Positions 12,285 through 25,353 of a stretch of 64,000 nt of DNA are shown here, piece after piece. The stretch spans positions 1 through 64,000 of the forward strand of contig NW_027117346.1 of the NCBI RefSeq assembly GCF_038025025.1, given 5' to 3'. Each line of letters begins with the position of its first letter. The first letter of the stretch is position 1. The notes under the pieces are model-generated. The model did not search any database and was not told the origin of the DNA. It saw only the letters and a program-made list of their open reading frames with translations. A program made the position numbers and the translations under genes. The DNA is from Phyllosticta citribraziliensis (taxonomy: Eukaryota).

Positions 12285-13195
12285 GAACTCCACGAGTCAC
12301 GAATACACCAAATTTTGCCACACTTTGAGCAGTTGAGCGAGCAAGCGAGCCAGACCAAAACGAGGGTTGGCAAAGCACGTGTGGGGAGGTATAGAGGGTT
12401 GACGCCAGGCACCGCAGGCAGCGCCGAGAACCAACGGTCGAAGTCGAGACAGGCGGGGGACAAAGGGAGGGGCCGATTCTGCCTGTGGTCCCTCCGCCCT
12501 CGTTGTGCGCGAGGCGGTAGTGAGTTTATTTGCATACCCTTGGCGTTGGGTTCGGCGCGAGAGGAATCTTGTTGTTGCCAGGGAACATGATGGGGAAAGG
12601 GTGGCAGATATCCGTGCTGTCTGTTGTGCTCTTTTTCTCTCGACGTCTTTCTCCTTTTTCTCTCCTTCACTCCCCTTCTCCGCCCCTTCTTTTCTTTCAG
12701 CCACGTACGCTTGGGGGGCCTTTCCCTCCCTGTTGTCCTGTGCTGTAGGAGTTGATGATGTCCTATGTACGATGTGTTGTGCGTCTGCAGCCAGTTCTCC
12801 CTGCTGCTGCAGGTGCCGGCCATTTCCTCATCATCTTGCCTACACTTGGATCTTCTGCAACATGTATAGTGAAGCGCATTGTTATATTGTAATGCTCTCA
12901 ATGATTGACGATTCATTCTTTTCATTTAGTCGTTGTGCGCTGCCGGTGATAGGCTTCCCAGCTGTCAGTGGTACATAACCCCAAAGTCGTCGTTTTGGCC
13001 GCCACTGCTTGCCGATCACAATGCCTTCCACACATGCTCTTTCTCCCAAGTCACGACATGGAAGCACAAGACAGAGCACCACCACCCATCACACAGCCTC
13101 AAGCCATTGCAGTTCGACATCAGAGCAATTTCATTACAAGCGCACAGCGCACTATACACAACACCTTCCCCACCACCTCTTCCCCCTCATGACCC

Positions 13196-14687
13196 TCACC
13201 CCTCACTCTCCTTCTCCGGCAAACACCCCTTCCTCGTCTCACTCCCTCCCCCGACCTTCTCAAAGATGATATCGACGCACTCCTCCCCCTGCTTACACGG
13301 CGGGCCCTGCCCACACGCATTCTTCTCCTCCTCCTTCCGGCGCTTGCGCTCTTCCTTCTCTTGCTTGCGCTTCGCCTTCTCTTCTTCTTTTCGCTGCTTG
13401 GCGTCCTCTTTGCACTGCTTGCGCTCGTCGTGGTCGGTGATTGTGTCGCAGTCGGGAGGAGGAGGCGGTGGTGGGTTGTTTTCAACCGGCGGCAGAGGGT
13501 CTGGTGGGATGACGGGGCCCGGCGTGTTGAAGGGGTCGGGCTGGGGCTGCGGGTTGGGGTCGCGGCGTGGAGGGGGCGTGTCGTCGCCGAAGCCACAGCG
13601 GTCCTGGGAGGGGGATGGAGGTTAGTTTGGCTGTAGGGCTGCGCGTGGGGAAACTGTTTTGGGGGATTGGAGATGTTGTTGGGGGAAGGGGCGTCAGTGG
13701 GGGAGGAAGCCTGGAGGGTGAGACATGTGCGAGGATGTCGACGATGAGGAGGTGGAAGAGATGGAGGAGAAGCCAAACGGAAGACCTCGTCCCCTTCCAA
13801 CATCCCATCGTGTCGACTTGGCCGTCACCTCGACTTGCCCCAGGCTCACCAACCAACGCTCTCCCTCGACCACACCACCAACCCCCAGCGCAAACAACAA
13901 CACCAACAACAGGGCGGGCAAGGCACTTACATCATACACCGGCTCCGGGCCCCCGCAATTATCATAACACTCCCTCGCATTACGATTCGCACACTCGCAA
14001 GACTGCACCCCGACGTCAGCGACGCATCCAACCAAACACGGCAAAATAAGCTTCTCATCGCCGCTCATGCTTAAAAGCGAAAAAGGCAAAGACGTGGTGA
14101 TCTCCGCCACGCACGCGACACAACCTCGACCGCCTCAACCACACTTGAATAAAGCAACATACCTCAGGATACGACTGGATGCAATAAATCTCCTCGCAGG
14201 GGCACTTGAAATTAGGATTCGGCTTGACGGCCGGCGGCGGCTTCTCCTTGCGCGGCGGCGGCGGCGCTGGGTTCTCCGTATTGGGCTGTTTAGGACATGC
14301 CTGCGCGCGTGTTAATGACCAAGCTTCATAGGTATAGTGTGCTTTGTGTATGTGCTACAGGGCCGCGGACGCGACTCGAGACGGGGACCAGAGTGACGTA
14401 CCGCAAGTGCAGGGACGGGACAGGTGAGGCCGGCGGCTTGCTTTTGGTCCGAGCAGTCGAGGATGGCTTTGTTGCGGCAATCGCAGCCCTAGATTGATGT
14501 GGTTAGTCGATGTACTGTAGGTGGGTGATTTTGCGGCATGTGGAGAATTTACACGTACCGCTGGCTCCTCCTGCGGACATTCTGGAGGTGGGCATGTACA
14601 TTGCGTGTCTCGCACAGGACCGTCTTGTGGTGCCGGGACGGCCAATGCAACAGGCAACAAAGCCAGGAGAAGATAGAAAGGTTTCAT
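13196..14687 (-). CDS. Secreted Cys/Pro-rich protein, 5 exons (14687-14559, 14488-14402, 14300-14163, 14002-13931, 13603-13196), 277 aa
   Basis: Signal peptide MKPFYLLLALLPVALA. Four canonical phase-0 GT-AG introns join into one open frame. It contains two 8-Cys modules, a Pro-rich linker, an E/K/R helix and a 4-Cys tail. Confidence 0.8.
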
Positions 14688-15362
14688 AGTCGCGATGGTC
14701 TAAAAGAATATTTTCATGTTTGTAGCACGACGACCACCACGCTTTATGAAGGCACGGTCGCCTGGAGCTGATATTATATGGTTACGAGCGCATTCTACCG
14801 TCAATCAACCAAAATCCACGCCTGTGGAGTGCCAACTGGCCGAGGTCATGCGCCACACAATAACCCAAGACGACCGCATCCCTTGTCCCTTTTCCCCCAC
14901 TGGTTGCGTTCCAGCACGCACGAGTCGGACTCTTTTGCCCCCTCCAGAATAACTTTTTCCTCAGGACGCAGTGATGTGGCTAGTGTGTGTGCCAAGAGCA
15001 AAAGCAGGGCGGGCGCCAGAAGGCGGGAATGCCGGAAGATGCGGAGATTCGCTAGTACTTGGCAGGCACCAAGGAAATCAAACCATGGGGCTCGCTGGGG
15101 ATGGTCCTCATTCGGTTCCAAGGGTGCTTGGCAGGAAGAAGAAATCTGCCGAACCTGGTTTCTTCAGCTGATGTGGTGTTTCGCTCTCGCCGGAAACGAG
15201 CAGAGGTTCCTTGCTTCGCCCAATCATGTCGCAGAGACGGCTGTTTCGTGGGCGAGTTTGTTCGAGTCAAGCTTGAATCTGTAGAAAGTCTAACGGACAT
15301 TTACAGTGGACATGCCGCCGGTTGGCATGCACGATTCCGCAGGAGATCTGAGTCCCAGCCAC

Positions 15363-16284
15363 TCATTTTTTGCCCTTCTTCAGCCTGGATGCCGTGCGTT
15401 CAAAGGCCTCGTCAGGTGGTTCATCCATTGGCGTCTGTCGCTTGTTGCCTTTCTTGGGCTTGGGTGCGTACTTCGCTTCAAGATCATCGAGGAAGTTTGA
15501 GGCACGTCCTCGCTGTCTTCGCTGTATCATTGCAGCGAGGTCTCCAAGCGAGTCCGGAGCGTCATTCTTCTTGTTGGCCTTTCTCTTGATTTTATCACCC
15601 TCTTCCAGAGCCTCTTGCTTTTCCTTCCTTGCTCGCTCAAGCCTCCTCTCGCGACTCCTCTCAGACTCTTCCGTGTAGTTCTTCTCCGGTTCGATGGCCT
15701 TTTCTGCAATCGCAGCATCGATGATCGCACGGAAGCGCTCCTCATCTTCGAGAGGATTGCTGAGCATGATGACCTGGTAGATTTTGCCCATGCGACCCTT
15801 GAATTTGGTGTAGGCTTCCAGCAAGTCCTTTTTCTCTTCCTCGCCTCCCTTGTACTCGTTCTTGAAATCTTCAATCGAGGCTTCGGTGACGACTCCCTCA
15901 TACTGTGCCCTGTAGTAATCGGTCCAGTTGAAGTCATCATCCTCAAGATCAACAGTCTCTTCAGTGCGACCAGTGGTGTCGTAACGAGAGCGTCGACGAG
16001 GGTCAGAGAGAACAGCGTAGGCAAACGCAATCTCTTGGAATTTGGCGTGGGCAGCCTCTTTGTCTTCAGCCTTGTCTGGGAGAATGTCAGCAAACATGTC
16101 TGAGTTGAGACTCGGGTGAAGTACCTGGGTGGTGCTTCAGAGCTGCCTTGCGATAGGCGGATTTGATATGGTCTGCGGTTGCATCTTGCGCGACTTCCAA
16201 GACGGCGTAAGGATCGATGGATGTGGGAGGCTCTTCATCGACGAGGTCCTCGAGATTGTGGTCTGGAGCTTTCCTTCGAGGCAT
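15363..16284 (-). CDS. J-domain protein, DNAJC9-like
   Basis: DPYAVLEV...IKSAYRKAALKHHP|D (HPD across intron 16124-16076), KFQEIAFAYAVLSD, then YKGGEEEKKDLLEAY and FLDDLEAKY motifs typical of DNAJC9 homologs. Confidence 0.88.
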
Positions 16285-16535
16285 CTTGGGCTTGGAGGAG
16301 ATGGATATGATGATGGGTGGTGGCTGTTTGGGGATGTGAAGATGGAAGATGGGCGACGCGTCGAGGATGGATCCGCGGCGCGTCGGGCCTCGACGAATGA
16401 CGTGGGCTTATCTCCGGCGGCGCGTGGCTCCCCTCTTTGGCAAGCGCCCGTCCCGCGTAGACTTTCGTCTTGCCAACTGCTTCTCCAGGTCATTCAATCC
16501 GTCCTCTCGATCACTGGCACTTTATCTCTCTCAGA

Positions 16536-17072
16536 ATGTCGTCCGGATCCATTGCCCCGTCGTCCTCATTCGACCACAAGGCTTACATGCGTTTGGCCCT
16601 CGCCGAAGCTCTCAAGTCTCCTCCCAAGCCCACCAACTTCTGTGTTGGCGCTTTGCTCGTAGACGAAAGCAATGGACACATCTTGGCTACAGGTTACACG
16701 CTTGAGCTCGAAGGCAACACTCACGCCGAACAATGCGCTTTGCGAAAATACGCAACCGCCAGCAACGTCACCGAAGAACGCATCGGCGAGGTACTTCCCG
16801 AACACACCGTCATCTACACTACAATGGAGCCATGCAACTTCAGATTGAGCGGAAACCAGCCTTGCGCCGACCGTATTCTCCAGACACGGTCGAATGGCAA
16901 GGGAGGCATCAAGAAGGTGTACTTGGGGGTCAAGGAGCCGGAAAAGTTTGTGGGCGAAAACGAAGGACGGGCAAAGCTTGAGGCCAATGGCATCCAATGT
17001 GTGCATGTGCCTGGCCTTGAGCAGGAAATTCTGGCGGTTGCGACGGCTGGTCATGAAAAGAATTCCGCTTGA
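16536..17072 (+). CDS. Zn-dependent cytidine-deaminase-fold protein, Rib2-like (riboflavin pathway pyrimidine deaminase domain)
   Basis: TNFCVGALLV, TGYTLELEGNTHAEQCAL (HxE) and YTTMEPCNFRLSGNQPC (PC..C) motifs. Confidence 0.85.
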   Translation: MSSGSIAPSSSFDHKAYMRLALAEALKSPPKPTNFCVGALLVDESNGHILATGYTLELEGNTHAEQCALRKYATASNVTEERIGEVLPEHTVIYTTMEPCNFRLSGNQPCADRILQTRSNGKGGIKKVYLGVKEPEKFVGENEGRAKLEANGIQCVHVPGLEQEILAVATAGHEKNSA

Positions 17073-17400
17073 GCAATGCTCATATGCACGCGTCACGGAC
17101 GCCAGTGGTTCAGTACCACCTTGAACCCTTTGTGGCTCTCAATGCACACCCATTGGTCCTTACGACATCGACCTCGGGCCGCTAGGACTGATTCATTCCT
17201 GGATCTCGGGTAATCGAAATCTTGATCCCTTCGTTGGATTCCGAAGGAACGCCAACATTGCGTCACGACTTCTGCAAGGTCTAGGCCGTTTTGGGCAACC
17301 AGCTTTGAGCCTCTGACGTCTGGGATTGAGCTTCCCAGCTACAACTACATCCAGTCCCATTCACACCCGCGCCTTTCTCAGCTCTACCTCGATTCTCCCC

Positions 17401-18333
17401 ATGCGTCTATTGATTCCTCGCGCGATTCGACCTCTCACGAGACCCTTGTTTTCATCTGCCGTACTGCCGTACAGTCCGACCACTTCCGCAAGCATGTCTA
17501 CTGGTATTTTAACCCTGTCTGGCGAGTGCTCCAAGGGGCCTTAGACTGACATCGCAGACAATCTGAAAATCGAAAACACCGACATCAAAACGAAGTCAGG
17601 TGTCGAGCTCTCCGACCAGCAAAAGACCATTGTCGGCAGTATTTTGGATCTGTTTGCAGGACGTCCTTCTCTGGCCAAGCTCAAGCTTTGGTCCGACGAC
17701 GCCGTGTTTGAGGATCCCTTGACCCAGGCTCAGGGCAGGCAACAATACGAGCCGCAATGGGTACGCTTGATGACAGCTTCTTGCTGCGCCTCGCGCTAAC
17801 CACAAGGTTGTGTCAAAGTATGGCCTACAGAGCGCCTTTGCCGAAATCGAGCGACTGTCGCATGAAGTCACCTCTGCCGGAAATCCAATAGTCATGGACC
17901 TCAAGACGCGCTACGTTCTCAAGGGAATCAAGAAAGAAACGATCATTGCGTCGGTGGTCAACATCTACACGGATGAAGCGGGCAAGATCAGCAGGGTGGA
18001 AGACAAGTGGGATGGAAAGTTGCCAGACAGCAGCATTACGAATGTGAGTAGTGTCTGGACTCTGGCCAACCCTCTCTGGTGGACGAACTACAGCATTGCA
18101 TGGGGCTTCTGGTGTTGGAGCTGGGTTTGGGAAACTACGCCGTGGCTGGTGCGTAACGCTCTGGAGCCGCGCCCACTGTTGTCGATGCTCAGAAGCAAAG
18201 ACGCGAAGAATTTGATGTTTTCTAGCATTTGCTAACCACTCTATAGGCTTTCCGCCGTCTCAATGCTGTCAGCGTCCCCAAAATGGTTTCCGTTCCAAAG
18301 AGCGACGAAGAGGAAGCCAAGAAAGGCAACTGA
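17401..18333 (+). CDS. Conserved fungal protein, probable SnoaL/NTF2-like fold (introns 17504-17557, 17761-17818, 18044-18246)
   Basis: Spliced frame ...IVGSILDLFAGRPSLAKLKLWSDDAVFEDPLTQAQGRQQYEPQWYGL...KISRVEDKWDGKLP...AFRRLNAVSVP...KKGN*. Two in-frame ATGs (17401 and 17494). Confidence 0.8.
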
Positions 18334-18570
18334 GAATCATCTTTCGGCCTTCTGATTAGCACTTATGACGAATTCACGCCTTGCTTTGCTATCGTCTGCC
18401 ATGAACACAGTGTCAAGACATTTTCCGAAAACTTGTTGCAATTTAATCAGCGTATCCACAGACAACGCAACTGTGCAAAAACGCACCCATGGTATGACCG
18501 AAACGCCACCGCGCTCTCTCTTTTCTGGAGAGCGAAGACGCCAAACGCCGCTGTCCCGAATGAGCACCGT

Positions 18571-19646
18571 TTATGCGAACCACCGCCTAGCGCGTCCGAC
18601 GCCCAATCCTCCGAATGCGAGATTGACGGCTGCGAGAACTGGGACACCCCATCCATACCACCCCCTGTCGCCTCCCCCACCAATTCTCGGCGCGTCGTTG
18701 ACTATCAGGATCGTTCCGCAAGCGCCCTCCCGCGTCGTCGGCAGGCCCGGGCCTTCCGCGTACATGGTGCTGCAGTAGCCATTGTACTGATTGCCGCCGT
18801 TATTGCCAAGATAGCCCCCGCCGGCGCCGACGTATGCGTTGGGTTGTGTCGTGGTGTAGTAGGTCCCTCCACCCACGGCGCCTCCGCAGCACACCGTGTT
18901 TGGCTGGTTGCCGACGTATTGCGTTTGCGTTTGGTAGACGGTGACGGTGACGGTCTTGATTTGCGACTGATCGACATGGCCGGAGCAGGTGGAACCGCTC
19001 GGGCAGCAGCCGCACACGCCTGACTGCTGGATAAACTGACAAGTGTGGCTTGAAGGGCAGCAGCTGTGAATAAGTGGCGTTAGCTTTGTTTTTGGCAGGA
19101 ATCCCGAGCTGTTTCCTGCTCGCTTGCTCTTTTTTATTTGTGTCCATGCGGTCAAGAGCTAGGGATTGGAGAGTAGACGCACTAATTGGGGTACCCAATG
19201 CTGCTGCAGCTTTGTCCAGCATTGGCGGGACATTGAGCCTGGGACGCGCTCGTAATCTGAGTGCCTCCATCACCGACGATGTAGATGGCTCCAGAGAAGG
19301 GCGCGTATGTGTTGCCGTTGTTGTTGACGGTCGCACTTTGGGGATCTGCCTCTGGATCTGCTTCTGCTCCTGCTTCTGCCTTTGCCTCGGGCACTGGCGC
19401 AGGTGCTGCCTCTGGCTCGGCTTTGGCTTCGGGTTTCGCTTCCGGCTCTGCTTCTGGTCGCGCTTCCGGTTCTGCTTCCGGCAGTGCAGCTGGTCTTGCT
19501 TCGGGATGCGCCTCGGGGTCGGCGACGGCTTCGGGGTTTGCCTTTGGCTCTGGTGCTGCGGATGCTACGCATGCAAAGATTGCAATGATGAGGAGAAGAA
19601 GAGCGAGCGTGCGCGTTGCGCCGCGGGGTGTTCGAGATCGCTGCAT
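18571..19646 (-). CDS. Secreted, possibly GPI-anchored Cys-rich cell-surface protein with X-Ala/X-Pro propeptide (intron 19182-19064)
   Basis: Hydrophobic signal LALLLLIIAIFACVASA, EA/EP/DP repeats, Cys domain CPANAGQSCSSIGYPNYCCPSSHTC...CGCCPSGSTC, YCST...GPGLPTTREGACGTILIVN, and a hydrophobic C-terminus. Confidence 0.85.
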
Positions 19647-22600
19647 CGTGTTTGCAAAGAGGAAGAGTCGGAGGATAGCGTGAGTCGCAATCAGCTGGAA
19701 AAGGGGATCCAACAGCTCATGTGCAGTTTCTTGAATGTCAGATGGAGGTGAGGCTGGCGCAGAGCGAATTGGAGTTGCAGAAGCTGCCCCACTGTGTTCG
19801 TTCACGCCGCAGTTTGCAGTTGGCGTTTTCCTTGGTCACGACAAGCCGGTGGAGAGCACCACGGCGTCGTATTTGAGACAACTGAGCGAGCGATGGCGCT
19901 CGAAAAAGGACCAAACGAAGGAAAAAGCGCGACTCCGGAGAGGATCGAAGAAAAGCCGCGTGATGGCAGCGCATGGGAAAAAAGAAGACCGCCCATGACC
20001 TGCCTGCCCTGTCCATCACTTCTCCGAATTGGGCAAAGAGCTTGGGCAAGGATAGAGCTCCGTCCAGCCAACCCGCGTCCACAGCCGTCATCATGCCTCA
20101 TCCCCGCCGGGCCGCCGCCCAGGGCATGCCGTCCAAGAAATTCTTTTTTCTCGATATTCTTCTTCTCCGCTGCCATGCTACTCTGGAGCCGTCGTCGCCG
20201 CCCCCCGCTGAGACGTTGCTCGTCTCATTACTGCCGGCACGGAGCCGTCAAGAGAGCAAGGACCCTCTTGGCCCTGGTGTCATGTTAGACGCCGTCTCGA
20301 CGGATTGTGCGCCTGCCAGATGCCCAGTCAGCAGTCACTTGATCCCCTAGCCTTATATTGAGAGGGTAGCTTTCTTGTCGGGCTTCCAGAGCGTCAAGAT
20401 GGATTGCTGCGATCAACTTGGCAATGTGGCAGCACGTACGCAAAGTGATAAGCCTCGCAGTCAGAAGCGTTTGCCCATCGCTGCCCAACATCTCACGCAA
20501 AGTCAACGGCTGCTCGACATGACATGAGCCCCGCAATCAACGTCGGCGGGAAGACAATAGCAATCCGAGGGTCTGAGAGGTCGATACATTTCGCATGTAG
20601 GCCGGGTCAGGTAGCAAGGCAGTTCTAAAAATTGCCCACCAGCGCGGCCATCTGGCGGGGACATCCTGACCGGCATACCCTTTGGCTCAGGGATGGAGCA
20701 CAGCTGTAGTGTGTTGCTGCCCGGCGAGCGGTATTCAGCGCCTCGAGCTAGCCGATTCCGCGCCTCGTGCCAGACTGGGAGCTGCCCTGCTGAGCGACGG
20801 CCCGGATCATTCGGCCAAGGGTTTGCGCGTGCCGCGGCGGCATGTTGCGACTGGCACTGTTCACGAGTTACTATATGACGACGGCTCCCGGCGGGCCAGT
20901 TTTTGAGGTGGCTGGAGAACTTCGATGGAGCTGCCATCACGTTGGTCTTCGCTGTCAGCTTATCGAGAGAGAGGCGCGCTAACACGAAAGGAGCAGAGCC
21001 GGCTGCTAAGCGATGAGGGGAGCCTTGTTCTCCCCTCCCTTCACGTCGTCCTCTTCTCCAATCCGAACACTCCTACTCGCTCGCCGATACGACTGTTGGG
21101 CCAGACTCTCGATGATTTCGTCATTCCCATTCACGGAACGGGCGGTTGAGCCCGAATTTCACTTTGATGCTTTGCACCTGGCTCTCGACGGCTGCTGACT
21201 CAGGGACAAATTCAGCTGCGACGTCTTGCGCTTCCTTGGTCCATCTGGGCGCTCATCGTCCATCTTATATTCCAGCCATCTCTTTTCGTGACTCCGACTC
21301 GGCTGTGCACAGAACGTCTCTCCTCCGTCTTTTGCGGAATGACGAGCCTGCGATTGGTCCAGGGGCGAGTTTCACGACACATGCCTCGGGATGACCTCAT
21401 CTTCCACCACGGCCCCGAGCTAGAGAGACCGGTGTTTGCTCCTGCTGAAGAAATGGCGATCATATTGCGCTGGAATGCCAATATTTGCCGTCGTCACTGG
21501 CCTTGGCTTTTTTGTCCCTCCCAAACACCACGACGCTGCGCCAAGATTATGCTCGGGACCGGGCCGTAGCGAGAAGTCGCAAGCCAAACGCAATCCGGAC
21601 AGTTGAACCACGGCTACGTTTGGTCCACAGTCGGAGAAGGTGTTGGAGCGCACACAAGATCGCTTCAGTCTCTGCTCCCTTGCAAGCATTTGAACGTCGA
21701 CGCTCCCTTTTTCCTCGCGTGCCTGCGATACTCGACCAAGACGAATCCACGACCACTTGCGCTGCTGTCAACCATGGGGTATGTGTGCATCCCGGCAGAG
21801 AACTCCCGGCCTCACGTAACGGCACATGCTCACCTTGCCGACCAACAGCATCGCTAGCTCGGCGCCAAACTCTCGCGCCTCAGCTCGCCGCGGCGAGGAA
21901 AAGCACGTCGCACAGCGCGCGCACGACATGATGAGTAGGCCGCCGCTCTCCCCTTTCACTCCAGAACCCTGGCCAGTGAGAACCATGTGCCTGACCTGTC
22001 TCGCTTCGTCCAGTCTACTCGCAGATTCTGCACTTCGAGGACGGATCCATCAGTCTCGATTGTCCCGGGCAACGACGCGGTCCTGCCGATGATGGAGCTG
22101 GTTCGTCGCGCTCGCCGCGGCCTGTCTGCGCCGTGCAGCTTGTCTACGACAAGCGTCAGCGGCGGTGGTGCACGAGAAGAGTACGCGTACAAACTGCTGC
22201 TGCTGCTGCGGCGGCGTCTGTTCCTGCTGCGAGACGGAAAGCGCAGCAGCAGCAGCCGCCGCCGCAGCCGAAGCAGCAGCACCGCGGGGAAGACGACGTT
22301 ACTCGGAAGCGGTGATTTAGGTTGACGGGTGTTGTCAGGGGAGAAGAGGTTGAAGGAAGACGGATAGGACGGAGGGGAAAGAAAAAAAGGATGTGCCCCA
22401 CAGGGGCCCTGATCACTACATGCAATGGTACTCGTTTGGGCAAGACGAAGAACACTGGGGGCGAGGAGGGCTCGAAGCGGACTAGCTTGATACCATGGCG
22501 CTGACGCCCCGTTGATGAAAATATGTACCTCAGGATATCGCGGGAACCTGGGCGCTGGGTCGGTTCTGAGGAAAGAAGAAAAGAAGGCACACTACTCACT

Positions 22601-23654
22601 CGAGCTTAGCTCATGCTCGGATCTGCTGGCCTGTCGCTGCCGTCTCCCTCGGCCGTTGTCGTCAAGCCAGCCCGCCCAGGCGTAAGACGGAGACATCACG
22701 GCTCCAGGACCGACGACGGCCGCCGTGCATGGTGCTTCGCCAAGGGTGATAGCCGTCAGGAAGGGGGCCGACGCGCGCACGAAGAGAAGGAGAAAGAGAG
22801 AGAGAAAAAAAGGAGGCTTATACTAGACAAGACAGCGATCTACTACAAGCAGTTTGCCAACCTACACCGCCCACCCACCCCCACACACTGTCCTGTCCAC
22901 ACAACACACACATACGACATGTACGTCATTCGGAAAGTTTGGGATCGGCGCTTCAGCACTGGTCTTGGGTGGGTCCATCGCCTCACCCTACGGAGAGCCT
23001 ACTACGTGCTAGGGCCCGGGCGGCGGCCGCGCGAGCCAGCAACCTCTCTCTTTTCTGGCCTTGGCTTGGCTCTCACTCACTCACCGTTGGTTCCCGTCTC
23101 GTGGTGCCATGCGGGTGCTGCTGCGCAACGGGCCCTACCTGCCTGCTTGCCGGCCGGCGTGCGTGAGTACGTGAGTGCGTGCGTGCGTGCTTTCGAGACC
23201 AGACCACTGCCGGGGGCGTCCGTTCCGCCATTTTTGCCAGCTCAACTCACGTGTCGGTCGATGCGATAATCGCTCCTAAGCCCCCTCCGTCTCCGTCGTC
23301 CATCCGTCCCAAGAGCGTGTGCCCTTTTTTTTTATTTTTATTTTTCTCTCTGTCTCTCGGCTGCTTGGCCCGCTGTCAGTGTGTGCCTGTGCCTTTTTGA
23401 CTTCTCTCCCTCTCTCTACTACTGTTCCTCTCTTTCTGCACAAAAAGCTTTTTGTGGAGCGCACCGCCCGCCCGCCCCCGCGTCCGCCCCAGATGTCAAC
23501 AGCTAGGTAGGCGGCTCCGGCGCAAAGCAGACACACTTAATAGCATCCGTGCGACGGAATACTTGCCTCTTCTTCTTCTCCGTTTACCCTGTTTTGCTTT
23601 TCCTCCTCGCTCGCTCGCCCACCTTTTTCCCCTTCGAATCCTGGGTCCATTGAA

Positions 23655-25011
23655 ATGGGGTATGTGGCCGACCCTGCCCCTCCCCACCCCCACCCCCTTC
23701 TCTTACCCCTAGTCCAAGACATGTTGGTTCTCCATGCAAACGCTAGCTTACCGCTTGGAGCAGTAACGCCGAGTCCACTCCCAAAGGCTCATCGTCGGAA
23801 AAGGTCCAGCACCAGAAGAAAAAGAAGCATCAGCAGCAACAGAAAAGAGGAGGAGCAGCAGGCCTTGCGTGCTGCGGCAAACGGCCGAGCTCTCCGGACG
23901 AGGGCGCGCCCACTCCGCCGCGGCGCCGTCTGATAGAAAAGGCACCTTCGATTCCGGATTCGAACAGCGATGCCTCGACCGCGTCGCGAAGTGTCCGCAG
24001 CAATAGGAACGCACCGCTACCTGCCTTGCCGCCGACAGGCAATGGCAGTGGCTCGGGGAAGAAGACGCTGCATCGCCGTACCGACAGCGTGATCACCGCT
24101 GCTGCTGGGGAGAGAGCGGCGGCTGGAGCCGCCAATGGCAACAACCTCGTCGTGCCGTACAACGAGGCGCACATCTCGACGTTTGAGAAGGAGATTATGG
24201 GTAAGCGGCCCTTGATGACAACATCTTCCCAAGCAAAGTGACGACTCGGTGATCAAGCATCTGACACTCACTTCCAGGATACGCCGCCATTTTGCACCCA
24301 GGCGAGACGTCCGTCAAGGTTTCAATTCGACCTTTCAACGAGGGCTACAGCGTGGACCGCAACCAGTGGGACGTGCGGTGGGTAGGGCGGCTCGTGACGC
24401 GACGGACCGTCCTTACGGCAACAGGGGAGCCCGGGTTCAGCTTCATTCCGCTGTACGAGAGCGCCTTCTCGACGCCCTCGGTGTACAGCTGGCGCCACAG
24501 CACGGCCGACGTCCAAATCAGAGCGCGCCTCACGCACATGCTGCTTGGCGAGGTGTCCATGGCCATGGCCGGCATGTTTGGGCCGGACTTCAAGGAGCGC
24601 CTGCGCCGCGGCGAGAAGCTGCGGCTGGCGGGGAGGTCGTCGACCTTTTCGTCGGCAACGTCGGGCGCGAGGGCGCGGCCGCCCAGTATGCAGCGCGGCC
24701 ACTCAATGTCGCGGCAGCAGTCGTTCCAGCATCAGCAGCAACAGCAGAAGCTGCTCCAGCAACAGCATCAGCAGTCCCGCGGCGTCCTCCATCGCCAGTC
24801 GACCTGGCATGGCGGCACCAGCTCGTCATATGCTCACAGCGATGGCGGGCGGTCTGCCTCCTCGCACCGTTCCGTTCCTAGGGGCCTTGGTATTCAGGTA
24901 CCGCCTCCCGACGTGCCTGTCCCTGCGCTACCGGCCGGTGTCACGCCCGTTGCACGCTACACGCGACCTTCCCGGCCGACGTATCGACCATGGGAGATAC
25001 GCGATGTTTGA
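23655..25011 (+). CDS. Hypothetical N-myristoylated protein A (exons 23655-23659, 23764-24200, 24278-25011)
   Basis: ATGGG|gtatgt...cag|T AAC GCC GAG TCC gives MGNAESTPKG. The frame is open to the donor gtaagc at 24201 and joins the 24292-25011 ORF in frame. Confidence 0.75.
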
Positions 25012-25353
25012 GGGGAAGACTACAGCAGAAGACCGGCTGACGAGGTGCGATAGCCAAAGTTGGGTTTGGAATAGCCGGTGACGAGCGAGGGATTGATGGC
25101 AGTCGAGTCGGCAGGCCGATGGGAACGAGGAGAAACTGAACCAAGGGATGTCGCTAACTCCCTCTGCCTGCCTCTGCCTCCGAGGCATCGATGATTTCTG
25201 CAGCGTTCCGTGGGTGCATTTGCTGCTCAGAGGCAGCGCGGTACATAAAGTCCGTTAGACTCCTGCCATAGCAGCAGACTCGCGCTGCTATTTCAACACC
25301 GGGCCCACTCTTGACCCCAAAAATCGACGTTTCTGATTCAGTCTCCTACCACC

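Noticed and set aside
19800..23600. Many short overlapping ORFs in the long intergenic region
   Set aside because: Low-complexity, simple-repeat-rich sequence; I could not build a consistent spliced model or find a protein motif.
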